Positions 50,847-63,700 of a DNA stretch of 64,000 nt are shown one piece after another (within the stretch, counting starts at the first letter, position 1; each line of letters opens with the position of its first letter). The stretch is from Fimicolochytrium jonesii (Eukaryota). The notes beneath the pieces were generated by a model. That model did no database searches. It was not told the DNA's origin and saw nothing but the letters and a program-made list of their open reading frames with translations. The position numbers were made by a program, and so were the translations under genes. Location: NCBI RefSeq assembly GCF_025526975.1, contig NW_026515688.1:310001-374000 (forward strand), in the 5' to 3' direction.

Positions 50847-51449
50847 CGTCGGGAGTAGACTATCGGTGACTGCTCACAAACAACTGCTCTCGATAAATGA
50901 TGCTAAAAATCTCGATAGATGTGATGCTAAAACTCTCACGGGTTTGTGGATTTGATGTAAATCGTGCTCTCATGAAGGGTTCTGAGAGGGTTGCTGTTCA
51001 TCAACAACAGAATCTTGGCGACGCCACCGGGGATGTGAGGTAACGTTCTTGCCAGTTTTTCGTGTATGCAAAACAGGTTAAGCGTAAGCTAAATCTGCCG
51101 CCCACTGTCTTCAGCCCAACGGCGGCGTGAAGCCCACACCACTTCTGACGGCGGTTGTTTTCGGGGACGGTTGTCTGGGATCAAGCAGCTAGGAAAACTC
51201 CGCCGGTGTCATCACTAACGCGTGATGATTGGCTGAGGGAGGCAGCGCGCCTTCACGCGTACTCGGCCTTTTCTTCGAAAGCGACGAAATATCATTGGAA
51301 CTTAAACCGCCACACCCTAGCGAACTGTACAAGTATCGGTCTATACATCACGCATTAGGGGTTCCACAGGGCATAGTCCAAACGGTGTGTCCTATTTAAT
51401 CTATCTGTAGACAACGTTTGCGGAATTCTAGTACACCCGCAATGTCAGA

Positions 51450-53121
51450 TCAAACCTCAATCTCACCAAGAGGCTTGTCAAGCTCGGACGCGACGATGGC
51501 CCAGAAAGCAAAGGCCAAGGCGTTCTGGTATAGCGCCCTCGGGTTGACGACCTCCATTTGATCGGCACGGCTATGGTGAAAGGCAAAATAGGTGTCACTC
51601 GTAATCGTCGTCTCGAAACCAGCAACGGGTACGCCAACGGCTCCCAAGAGTTCCGTGTCTGATGGGGGAGGTGAGGTGACATGAGTCAGTCACGTGGTTA
51701 CTTCAGTTCGTCTTGGGCATTGCAAAAGAGCCTTACCAGATCCAGAGTAACCTTCACCGCCTCCTTCGACCGTTCCCCAGTGGTTCGCCTGGATCAAAGC
51801 ATCCGCTTGGGCAGCCGCCTGCAAAACCTTCAACGCCTTCTCTCCAGCGGGGAAGTACGATTCAACAGTAAGCCCGGCCGGGGTCGCGACGCCAAAATCA
51901 CTTTCAATGGCAAGGATGTGGCGCTCGCCGTTGCGCTTCTTGTTTTCCGCTTGGACGTATTCCGCGTATTTGGCGGCACCGTGGGAGCCGCTCTCCTCGT
52001 TGGCCCACCCGGTGAGCCTGATGGTGCGCTTGAGCTTGATCCCGCTCTTCTTGATGAGGCGGATCGCCTCCCAGGCAGCAAAAACCGGGCCACCGTCGTC
52101 ACCTGCACCCACGCCAACATCCCAGCTGTCGAAGTGTCCGCCGATCAAAACGAGATCCTTGGGATGGGTGGTGCCGGGCAGGTCAGCAAAGATATTGTAG
52201 GTGGTCGTGTTGCGGTAGTCGGACTGCAGGTTCAACTGGACGACTGGAGCCGGGTACTTTTTGGGATTGGTTTGCGATCTTTTGTAAAGCCGTTGAAGGA
52301 GGTTGGCGTCCTCAGGAGAGATTGCCGCCGCAGGAATCCTAATCGAATGGATCAAACGCAAGGAAGAGTCATTGAAGAGTTCTCGTTCTCCTAACCCCAG
52401 ATGCATACATACCCAGCGCGCCTCGAGAATCCAGTGTGGACGGTTCGCTGACTGACGCTCGTGGCCGACCTGATGATCACAGCCTTGGCTCCGAACGCCT
52501 CCACAGTTTGTGCCGCGGTACTTCTGATACGAGAAGCGGCGCCGTACCCCGTCCAGTTGTAGTTGACGAGAACAATTTTGCCACGGACATCCGTAGTATT
52601 GAGCTGAGCCAAGGACGTGATCGGTATCACCGCTCCGGTGATGCCCTTCTTGCTGGTTGGGAAGGAGCTGCCGAGAGCCAACACGGGGATATCGAAATTG
52701 GGACGCTCCTTGTTGCTAATGAGGGTCAACGACTCGTCCTTCCTGGTCCAAGTAGGCACGTTCGGCACGGGTTGTTGAAAGATCTTGAGGTCATCGGCTT
52801 GCAGTTGGTCACGAAGCCATTTCAACGACTGTTTCCGTCACTGAGAAGGTCAGTGCAACCGAACGTGTTATTTCAATGAGTTGGTTTCACACATGCCTTC
52901 AAGTACCCGGGGGTCCCAGTCTTCCTCGGACCGTAGGTGTCCGTCATCTCAGCCAGACGGTCCCATGCGTCGCTACCTGTATCGACCTTCTGGACTGCAG
53001 CCCAAGCCTTCTGGACATTCTCCCACCCAGGAAGGTTGATGGTGGAGTTGCCCGCCGCTACAACGGGGTCAACCCAATGGCTCGCGCACGCGGCGACGAA
53101 GAGAACGGATTTCAAGAGCAT
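51450..53121 (-). CDS. Secreted M28 metallopeptidase with PA domain (carboxypeptidase Q-like)
   Basis: Signal peptide, then WDRLAEMTDTYGPR, the PA domain DVRGKIVL, LIGGHFDSWDVGVGAGDDGG, GWANEESG, AIESDFG and FHHSRAD. Confidence 0.92.
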
Positions 53122-53874
53122 GTCGGCGGAAGCTTTCAGGTGTTTTGTGGGTTTCAGTGTGGACGTCCCAGGGGCGTGCCCTCCTTTCTCGGGCTTGCCT
53201 TTATACCCCTGCGTTCCCAACTTGCCAGTGTGCACCTGTTGTCACCAGCGGGACAGCCTGTGCGTCGTGGGCGTTGTGCCATCGGAGTGCAATCCGCGTC
53301 TTGTGCTGGAGCAGACGCGTTTGATCAAAGACAAAAAGCGTTGATCCCCACGCGTTTTCAGATTGCGTGCTTGCACCTTGCAACCTTCCCACGCCCGACG
53401 ACGTTGCTGCACATCCAGATCCCATGTCGAGACCAAGGAGTCATTTCCAGACCGATGCCAGCTGGCCCATGTTTCTGCAAAGGCGGCAGGACTCTCTATA
53501 ACGCTAGGACATACTGTAGAAATACCAGCAGTCGTGTGAATGCTGGCTCGGATTGAACAATCGTTCCTTAGAGACGCTATACATATATGTACGGGTTCTG
53601 AACCGCCCTAGGCACCTCCGCATCAGCCCGCATCCGCCTCGCTATCCATCAAGACCTTCTGCCATCTATGCTTCTTTTTTTTCCTGCTGGGCGCATGTTG
53701 GGGTGTCGGAGACTGATGAAATGCCAGTGGAGAACACGCGCCTTATGAGAACGCGTTGACCAGCAGGACCCTGTCCAAATTTCAGCGGCCCCCATCCCCA
53801 AGTCCGTCTTCCAACTAGCGACAAGTCTGTTCCAACCGAAGATCTCAGATCTTGTTTGCTGTTCTCGACGACGG

Positions 53875-56800
53875 ATGATATACCGCTCATCCGCCTCAAG
53901 AGCTCTCTTTGTTCGCAAAGCTGCTATCTCTCATCCTTCCCTGTCTCTCCAAAGCGCACGCACCTTGCATCTGCACGGAAGTAAAGTTGTCGCAAACCAA
54001 GTTCTCCCAGCCCCGACATATTCCACGAAACCCACAACAACCATGGGAGTTCGCAACAACGTACGGCCGTTCCCAGTCCAAGGTCTCCTCCCTAAAGACG
54101 AAACGCAAGCTGCGGCATTCATTAGAAACCACCCTGAGTATGACGGACGTGGAACCGTAATTGCTATTTTGGATACCGGCGTGGACCCAGGCTCTCCGGG
54201 AATGCAATTGACATCCGACGGGCGCCCCAAAGTCATAGACATCATCGACTGCACGGGTGCGGGTGATGTACCATGCTCAACCGTTTTAGAGGCGGCGTCA
54301 ACCGACATCGATGGCGTGAGTGTGAAGACCCTGAAGGCCCTGTCAGGTCGAACACTCAAAATCGGTGATTGGAAAAACCCAACAGGCAAATATCGCCTAG
54401 GCATAAAACGCTCTTCAGATCTATTTCCGAAGGATCTCTGGGGCCGTCTGAACAAGGAGAGGAAGAAGAAGTTCGACCTCCGTCATCACGAGGTCGCGAC
54501 CAAGGTCCATAGAGAGATGGAAGAGTTGAGCACTGCTACCAATGTGGAGGCCGAGGAGAAGGATAAGAAAAAAGCCGAGCTGAAGACCAGACTGGAAGTT
54601 TTGACCGAACTGCACAAGCGCTATGAAGACCCGGGATGGATCGTCGACTGCGTGGTCTTTCATGATGGAGAGAAGTGGCGGGCTGCACTCGATATTGGAG
54701 AAACCGGGGATCTCAGACAAGCGACGTTGTTGACAAATTACGCCGACGAAAGGCAATTCGCTCGATGGACTGAAGACTCGATGCTGAACTACTCTGTCAA
54801 TATTTACGATGAAGGACACACCCTGTCCGTCGTGACGCTGTCTGGGACTCACGGCAATCATGTGGCAGCGATCACAGCTGCAAATTATCCCGACGATCCA
54901 GAAATCAACGGCGTAGCGCCTGGGGCGCAGATAATATCGTTAAAAATTGGCGACCAGCGCTTAGGAAGCATGGAAACCGGGACAGCTCTCGTTAGAGCCG
55001 CCATTGAATTGGCTCGCTTGAAGCCCGATTTGGCAAACATCTCATACGGAGAAGCATCGTCTGTCGCAAACACGGGGCGATTCATTGAGCTACTTCAGGA
55101 CGATGTGATCAACAAAGCGGGATGCATCGTCGTGGCCGCGTCCGGGAACGCCGGACCCGCCCTGTCTACGTCCGGGACGCCCGGTTCGACTACTTCCGGC
55201 ATTGTCTGCGCTGGAGCATACGTCACGAAGGGTATGATGGAGGCGGGCTATGCTTTGCTGGACACAGTGGATGAAAGACCATTCACGTGGTCCTCCCGAG
55301 CCCCAACCACGGATGGGGCTGTTGGGACGACCATCTACAGCCCAGGGGCGGCTATCACCTCGGTCCCTCAATACACTACCGCTCGATCGCAACTGATGAA
55401 CGGTTCTTCGATGGCCAGTCCCAATTGCTGCGGCTGTCTTGCCTTGTTGGTTGGAGGCTTGAAAGCGGAAGGAATTCCATACACGCCGTACCGGATAACA
55501 GCGGCGATTCAGAACGGCGGGAAGGACATCAACGATCCCTCAGGCGTCAAATTCTTTCAAGTTGAGGACGCTTGGGAACACCTGACAACCACCGCACCGC
55601 AATCTGCCGCTTTCGACGTTCACTACGACATTTCGGTCAACGGGGGCCGCGGGATTTATCTCCGCGACGCGCACCAAACCACCGAGATCGGAGTTTTTCA
55701 AACGGATGTGAAAGTACGGTTTTTCGACGAGGAAAAGGAAGGGATCAACCTCCGGAAGGGCGACTTTGAAGTTAGGCTCGCGCTCGTTCCGTCGAAGAAG
55801 TGGATAAATGCTCCCGAGCACGTTCTTATGGCCAGCTCTGGCAGGTCATTCGCTGTGGAGGTTGATCCCACCGGGCTTGATGCCGGACATCACTTTGGTG
55901 AGGTCGTCGCGTACGACGTCAAGAACCCCAAAGCCGGACCACTCTTCAGAGTTCCCATCACCGTTTGCAAGCCGATCCAACCCAATCTGCGCTCCGGCGA
56001 TTCGATAGCTTACTACAAATGGGACAAACTGCAATTCTCACCTGGTGAAATCAAGCGACATTTCATCAGCATACCCCCCGGCGCAAATTTCGCTGAGCTT
56101 GTAGTCCGCAGCGTCAATCGTGACTCTTCAGCAAGATTCATTGCCCACCTGCTGCAACTCCAGCCACAGACCCGCTATACCAAGCACGAGCACGAGTTCG
56201 CTTTCATGCTGGGACGGGGCACAGACACCACTGAAGACTTGACTGAGCATCGCAAGATCTTCCCGATTTTGCCCAACGCCACTCTGGAAGTGTGCCTGGC
56301 ACAATTCTGGTCCTCTTTGAATACGTCCGAAGTGGAGGTTGAGATCAAATTGCATGGAATCATCACGACGATTTCCTCTCACAATCAGGGCGCGAATTCC
56401 GTTACGAGTGGGTCCGGTGGAGATTTGACGGTCGTCAATGCGGCTGGAGGCTTTGCGCGGCTGGACTTCTGGACGGGGTTGAGGAAGGAAGAAGTGCATG
56501 CTGATGTTTCTTTAGGTAACCACCCCTTGTCAATTTTGAAACCTTTGATTTGCCTAACTTGGTTCATGCAGATACTTTGCGCCGATCACTTCGCCCCACT
56601 GAATACACCATCACCCCGCTCAAGTCTAGGGATGTGCTGCCTAATACGAGACAGCTTCATCAGCTGGTGCTGACATACAGCCTGAAAGTGACCGACGCTG
56701 GCACGGGGCTGAACATCACCCCTAGAGCCCCACGCATGAACGAGATGTTATATGATGCGTGGTTTGAAAGCTTTGTATTGATCGGTATGTGATCGCCAAA

Positions 56801-58103
56801 TTTGGGCATGCTAAGAGCTGATGGGCGCATTTACTAAAATGGAAATCTTTCTGTAGTGTACGACGCGAACAAGAAAGAACTGTCGTACCAAGATATTTAC
56901 GCGAAACCTGTGAAAGTCACCGACGGCACATACACAATTCGTGTCCAACTCATCTCTTCCTCATTGGAAGAACTGGAGAAGCTGAACGCCATGTGCCTAG
57001 TGGTCGACCAAGCTCTCAGCAAGAACATCTCTCTCACTTCCTACTCGACGCTGAAAGCTACCGTCAAGGAGGACAAATCGGGAGCATTCAAGAAGAAAAC
57101 AATGCATAAAGGCGACAGAGCCACTGCCTGGATTTCTTTGGAGGGTATCACGCCTCCAAAGGACGCTGCGAAGGGTGACCTGCTGATCGGCAAACTGAAC
57201 GTGACCGGCGGTGGAAGTAAGATCGATGGGAACGGTCTGTACGCTCTTGGTGTCATCGTGCCGCCACCTGCTGAGAAGAACAAAAACGGGGACAAACCCA
57301 AGAAGGACGAGAGCGAGCTAGATGAGACCAAATTGATCCAAGAGGCCGTTCGCGATGTCGAGATTTCTTTGATCAAGAAACTTAAAACGGATGCGGAACG
57401 AGCGAAATTGGTCGCGAAGCTGGAGACCGAATGGGGTGCGCATTTGCCCTTCCTCGTCGCGCATCTCGAGCAAGTGGGTGAAGTCGGGGAGAAGGAGGAG
57501 AGGGAAACGCAGCAAAAGGAACCCAAGGGGCACGTCGGCGACGAGAAGATCAAAACCGTTGAAGCCGCGGCCGACAAGATTCTCAAGCAAGTTGATGAGA
57601 AGGAGGTCCGCGAGTTCTTCGGCGCCCGCCGTGACGCCTCGTCCGAGACACTCAGTGGCACCGAGTCTGACAAGACCAAGCTCGCTGAGAAGCAAAAGGA
57701 AATGGACAAGCAGAAGGAGGCGCTTGCCCTCAGCTACGGGTGGAAAGCATGGGTAGCGAAGCAACGCGTGTTGACCGAGCCTAGCAATCAATCCGTCGAC
57801 GCATTGGCTGGGGCACTCGATTTGTTCGCGACATGGATTCCAGAGAAGGAAAAGCCAACGGACAACTCCCTGTACCTGCTGTCGTGGTGTGTGTTTGCGA
57901 AGCAGAAAGGGAGATTGGGGGAGCTGGTGAAAGTCACGGACAAATGGCTCAAGGATCCCACAAAGGTGTTGGACCCGAGGTTCTCCGCGGTCGTGGCAGA
58001 GTACAACGCGGCGTTGAAGGAGCTGGGGTGGGCGTGTTGGATTGAGTATGAGGAGAAGCACGCCATCATCAGGAAGCCGCCGGGAGGGTTCTCTGCGTTC
58101 TAG
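53875..58103 (+). CDS. TPP2: Tripeptidyl-peptidase II (subtilisin S8 family)
   Basis: Motifs FPVQGLLPK, YDGRGTVIAILDTGVDPG, HGNHVA, KIGDQRLGSMETG, NISYGE, TWSSRAPT, LMNGSSMASP and EVCLAQFWSSL. Two introns (~56516-56570, ~56785-56856). Confidence 0.96.
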
Positions 58104-58130
58104 CAACGAAAGCAGCGCGCTAAATTGTGA
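58101..58130 (+). other. Putative stop-codon readthrough element encoding a cryptic PTS1 (X-QRKQRAKL*)
   Basis: TAG CAA CGA AAG CAG CGC GCT AAA TTG TGA lies immediately after the TPP2 ORF, in frame. Confidence 0.7.
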
Positions 58131-58631
58131 AGGCGAAGGAAGGCAGATGAAAGGCGGTAGAAAGGAAGCGTAGGATAGCTGTGAGTGAGGATGGAGTTTA
58201 TATGTATCTTGGGACCTCGCATGTACTGTACGTACATAAATCGTCAATAAGACCTTTAAGAGTGCGCAGAGATTGGTAAAGCGTCGTCATGGTTGTAAAT
58301 GTTGTACGGCCCGACAAATGGTTTTGGTCAAAAATGAAAGTTCGTGGGAATAGGGTGGTGAGCTCAGAATTCTGAACTGGGCTACATAGTTTGCCAAGTG
58401 GCTCAAGTCTGTTCTCATAAGAGGATTAGGTGCGCAACGGTAGACTCGGCGGGAACATGCAGCGGCGCCACCCGACAGCGAATCATAGATAACGCGGATT
58501 CACTTAAGCTGCCAGATGACAGCGCGGCGCTAATCTATTCTTTACGGGGTCCAAATTGCTACCCTACAAGTTCGCAGGGATGAAGAACACCCCACGGTTC
58601 GAGTAGTATTCCTACGGGTACGGGATGGTTT

Positions 58632-60268
58632 CTAAAACTCCTTCTTGATGAGTTTCGCAATGGTTTGCAATTGGATGTTGGATGTTCCCTCGTAAATAGC
58701 ACCAATCTTGGCGTCCCTGTAGAACTTCTCGACTCCGAAGTCCCGCGTGAACCCAACTCCACCTGGTTGAGACATATGTCAGTTATATCCTGAGAAGTAA
58801 ACGTGAGGGAGACTGCCTTAGATCCCGATACTCACCGACCCACTCAATGGCCCTGCTGGACGCCTTCTCAGCGATTTGCGATGCATACAGCTTAGCCATA
58901 GCGGCTTGCTTGACGAAGTTGCGGCCCTCTTCCTTCATGCGGGCAGCGTTGTATGTGAGGAGACGGGCAGCCTCCAGTTCAGTTGCGACTTGGGCAAGTT
59001 GGTGCTCGACGCCCTGGGATGATGAAAGCTCTCGTTCAGTATCTGTTTCTTGCGAAGCATAAAACTTTGCAATCCACAGCTCACCTGGAAGTCGATAACA
59101 GCAGTGCCGAACTGCTTCCTTTGTTGCATGTATGGCACAGCAATGTCAAGGGCACCTTGTGCGATACCAATCATCTGGGCGGCGATTCCGATACGTCCTT
59201 CGTTCAAGATCTCAATAGCGTACTTGTATCCCTTTCCAACCTCACCGACAACGTTCGCGGCGGGAACCTCGACATCCTCGAATGACAGTTCACATGTGGA
59301 AGAGCTCTTGATTCCGAGCTTCTTTTCTTTCTTAGCAATCTTTACGCCCATCTCCTTCTCGACCAAGAAGCAGGTGATTCCCTTGTAGCCTTTGCTTGGG
59401 TCGACATTTGCGAACACAAGGAAAATCCCAGCCTCCCATGAGTTGGTGATCCACATCTTTCCTCCGTTGATAACGTATTTGTCCCCCTTCTTGGTAGCAG
59501 TGGTGCCAAGAGCGAATGCATCAGACCCTGCTCCGGCCTCAGACAATGCGAAGCAACCAATGGTGTCCTCAGCAAGACGGGGCAGGTACTTTTCCTTCAA
59601 CTCCTTGGTGCCGTGTTGACGGACGAGGGTGTTTACAAGGGTGTTGTGGACGTCGCAGGCGACGGAGACAGACGCGTCAATTCGAGCAAGTTCCTCGACG
59701 GCGATGATAGCTGCGGTAAAAGACATTTCTGCTCCTCCAAGCGCTTCCGGGGTCTCAATTCCCATGAACTGCGGAAAAAATGCCGTGTCAGCACCATGCC
59801 CCGGCGGTGAACCCACGTTTGAGTCGCACGTACCCCGTTGGCAAACATGCCATCGAAAACGGACCTTTGTATTTGCTCCGCCTCGTCCATCTCGTAGGCT
59901 AAAGGTTTGACTGTGTCATGGGCGAACTTCCGCACTGTACTCGTGAACCACACCCCGTCAGTATCACAATCCTTCATCTTCGCTCAACCTCTCCCCATGC
60001 CATACCAGTCTCCCTCAGCATCTCCTCCTCATCTGTGAAGTTGTACAAGGAGCCAAGACTTCCATTGTGCTGTCGGGCAACCGCAGACTGCGAAAAAAAC
60101 CTGCAGATCGCGGGGAGAAGCTGAATATGAGAATATGTTTTTCCACGTTGTGTTTTTTCCCACGACCTATGAGAAGGACTTCACATACCTGTGTTGTGCA
60201 AGAGGTCTTGAGCGGCCGATGGAGCGCACAGCGAGACGAGCGGTGCTGGAACGAAGGAGGGCGACCAT
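58632..60268 (-). CDS. ACADSB: Mitochondrial short/branched-chain acyl-CoA dehydrogenase
   Basis: Presequence [21 protein letters not shown], then [49 protein letters not shown] and [26 protein letters not shown]. Confidence 0.92.
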
Positions 60269-60784
60269 GGCTACTGCTGGATGCGTTTGCCGAATGGGTA
60301 TGGGGAATTCTGGGAATGAAAATGGGAATTGCGGTTATTGAGAAGGTTGTCTATAAGCTGCCGGATTTTGCCGAATCGTGGGGTAATGCGGCCCTCGTTG
60401 GGAAACGCGCGGAGTTAATCAAGGAATGATTAGAACTGAGGTCGAATGGCAGCTCAAAGCGTGAAGATCGGCTGCATTCGGAGTACGCGTGACTGTATGA
60501 AATCGCGTTGGTTGCCACGTGAATTCAATGTGGATCTGGACCGCTTGCAAATCCATTTTCCGCTGTTGTTCCTGTCAAATCTGGTCCACGATCATGAAGG
60601 GGAAAAGACCATATGAGGGAAGTGTAATACTTACATATTATATAGATACATGTGATATGTGCGCTGCTACAGACAGGGGCAACAAGGTTCAGCTAGATAG
60701 AGCCTATATATGTGATGCACCGTCGACAAAACCGAAACATGAACTGTTTTGTGAGGTGGATACGGGGCGCGACTCGAGGAACTT

Positions 60785-63700
60785 TCATGTGAACCGTGTG
60801 AAATCCAACAGGATCTCCCGTTCATCGACGACCGGGTTTCTGTTTCCCCCAGCAGCTCCCGATCCGTCTGCGCCCTCAGTGCTCGCCGCCCTATTCCCGT
60901 TTTTGACGGCGGCAGCCACGGCTCTTTCCTTGATGCGCTTGATTTGCCGCAACCGCTCCCTCGCGTTACTGGTATGACTCTCAGCATTGTTCCCACTATT
61001 CTGAAAAATCTGCGAAAAGATATTGGCCTGCACCGCGTTTTGTCGGACGAACGCACCGAGGGATGCGCCAGACACGAGCTTCGGCTCTCCCAACGGTCCT
61101 GTCTCGGGCATGTCTTGCTTCTGCTTAGCGATGACTCGGAAGAACTGGTGCTGGAAGGCGTCGAACCCTTTGTCGGTGACGACGGACACCGGGGCGACGT
61201 TTGCGAAGCTTGCTGTTGTAGAAACGGAGGATGATAGGGATGAAGTGGTGCTTGCAGCAGATGCGATGGCGCCGCCGATCCATTCACGAGCAGGTTGTTG
61301 ACCGCCCAGCGAGTCGTCAGATCGCGAGCCACCAGCGGGCTCGATGATGATGTTGACGAAATTGAATTGGGCGGGGATGGTATCGAATGCGTAATCCCTC
61401 CCGCTTTCATTCCACACGATCGTCACGTAGTCATTTCCGATATGACGCTTTTTCGATGTGCACGCCGGGTCGTGCGCCAATGTAGGCATTAGTGTCGTCG
61501 TATGGAAGATTATTTGACTCAGATCGTCCTGCGCGTAGATAGCGTGTCGGCCATCAAGGTCGTCGTTGGTGTCCAGCCCACCCGTATAAATATCGCGGCA
61601 ACCTTTCAGACGGACAAACCGACCGATGGTCTGCAGGAAGTAGCCGTAGTTCCGGGACCCATGGGTGTTATTGAGAATGGCCGCCTCGGTTGTCTGATCC
61701 GGACCGACGTACACCACGCCAATCTTGTGTAAGTCGATGACAGGCGTTCGGTCCAGGACCGAGACACCCCGAGTGATGGCGTCGTCTTCGGGTAAGAGCA
61801 CCGAGGGTTCTTCGAATTGCAGGTTCGGATAATGAATGAATTGGGCAAGGAGGAAACTGGGATCCAGCGATGCTTGTTGTTCGTCACGGGCCAAAGCAGC
61901 GGGCCGAGCCGACTCGATGAAGCTGCGAGCGGAAGGCGATTGGCTCACCGGACCCTCGTCGCTTCGTTCGTATCGCGTTGTTGGCAGATTCGGGGCGATC
62001 AGATCAAGTCCCTCGGGCAACTTAGCCGATGACATGGAGGACGATCTCCCACGTCGCAGAGGAATGTCATCCGGGAAGTACTCGCTGATAGGGGAGTCCT
62101 CTCCACGATTCGACAATAGAGACAAATCAGATTTGCCTCGGATATCTATTGCTGCCGGGAACTCCAACTGCAGTGGGGCGATGGAGGCGAGAGAGTTCGA
62201 GCGTACGTGTCGGCGTCGAGAAAATCCGTCGGAATCGCTACGTCGAAGGCCTTGGGCGGCACTCTCCTTCCGTCCCTTCTCTATCGTGTACGCTCGCCGA
62301 GACGACATGAGCTGCTCGAATGCGACGGGCGCAACAAGCGGTAACATCGACGCTGTGGTAGCCTTGAACCTGTTCTCCAACCTCACTGAGAACGCAATCA
62401 CACCCGCGGGTCGTCGAATGGTCAGGTCGATCCATCCCGGATGACTCGACACTTGAGATGTCAACAACGAGTTGCCCTGCACCCATGTGCGGCTCGGAAG
62501 TTTGCCCGGTTTGCTTCCACTTTGCAGCGGTCGCGTGTCCGGAGGCTTCGACCAGCAGTCCGCGAACGAGTTGTAGATCAGAAGGTCCAATACCAGCTCG
62601 ATATTCTCGTCCAAGTCCTTGCTTTGCCGACTGCTTCGTAGGAGTAGGTAATGAATTATGAAGGGGACGTACTTTTTCCGCTCGGGAAGCTTGAGGGTCA
62701 CAAACCACGCCAGGAGTACTTGATATGCGAGTTGGACGATGTAGAGATTGACTGGTGAGGTTGGAGTGCTGTTTGCGCCTGAGTCGACGGTCGTGTTGAT
62801 GTACTGCAGTGCGATGACAAAGACTCGCTTGACATCAGTGTCGGTGAAGTTGACTCTAAGACTTGGCAGCCGTGCTAGCGTCGCGAGGAACTGGAGGTTG
62901 TGAACCGCCATCGCCGTTGACATCATCTGCGAAACTTTCAAGAGCGTCCCTGGGAGGAGCTTGGTCATACTCTGCGGCAGCTCGTGAAGAGCGAGCGTGA
63001 AAGCGTGAATGCAGTTCTTTGCGGCGCTGGGCCACCTGTACAGTCCCGTTTGAAACGCGACGAGCATCTCATCCTGATCTTGTCGAGTGAAAAATGATCG
63101 ATACGCCAAGAGGATAGTGAGGATATTGAGCGCTGTGAGGTATATATCCGACTTACGGACCGTGGTAGGTATGTTCTTCACCGTGACAGCCGCGCGCTCA
63201 TTGACAATCATGTCGCAAAAGAAGGCCCGCATGACTGTCAGCTGTGGTCCGGCAGATTGGAAGAAACTCAGATCCAAGAGCTGGTTCGGAAGTCCTTGCA
63301 TGATGCACGTGTAAACATCCCAGTCCTTCTCTCTTGTGAGATTCAACATCAACGCCGCTGCATGTTGCGCTATGGGTATATGACAGATTGAGGATTCCGT
63401 TCGAGTTGTCGGGGTCGCTGGCAAGTCCGCATCGGTTGTTGGCTCATCGGATACGTCGGCAGGCCAGCTCTTCAGCCGGGAAGAGCAGGACAATGATGGG
63501 CACAGGACCAGCGTTTTCGGAGGTTCCATTGATTGCGGATTGTCCGGATCGTTATCATCGACTGACGAGGCCTGGGTTGCGTCCAAATATGACGGTAGCA
63601 GCATCGTCATAGATTCACCAGCTCGGAATGCCAGCAGATACTTCAGACAAGCCAATCTAACCGGCTTGGGGCAATTGTGGAAAGTCGGTATTCGGACGAG

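Noticed and set aside
31473..53121. Possible functional cluster of secreted or bacterial-like enzymes (GDPD, deacetylase, chitinase, M28)
   Set aside because: They are interspersed with housekeeping genes, all contain introns, and there is no compositional shift or mobile-element boundary. I see no evidence of an island or shared pathway.
54840..55420. TPP II active-site variants HGNHVA and NGSSM (usually HGTHVA, NGTSM)
   Set aside because: The catalytic Asp, His and Ser are all retained, and the substitutions are conservative.
57041..58247. Long minus-strand ORFs (222 and 309 aa) over the TPP2 3' exon; similar shadows at 6937-7773, 47391-48128, 48859-49695 and 51681-52394
   Set aside because: They lie antisense to well-supported genes and show no recognisable motifs.
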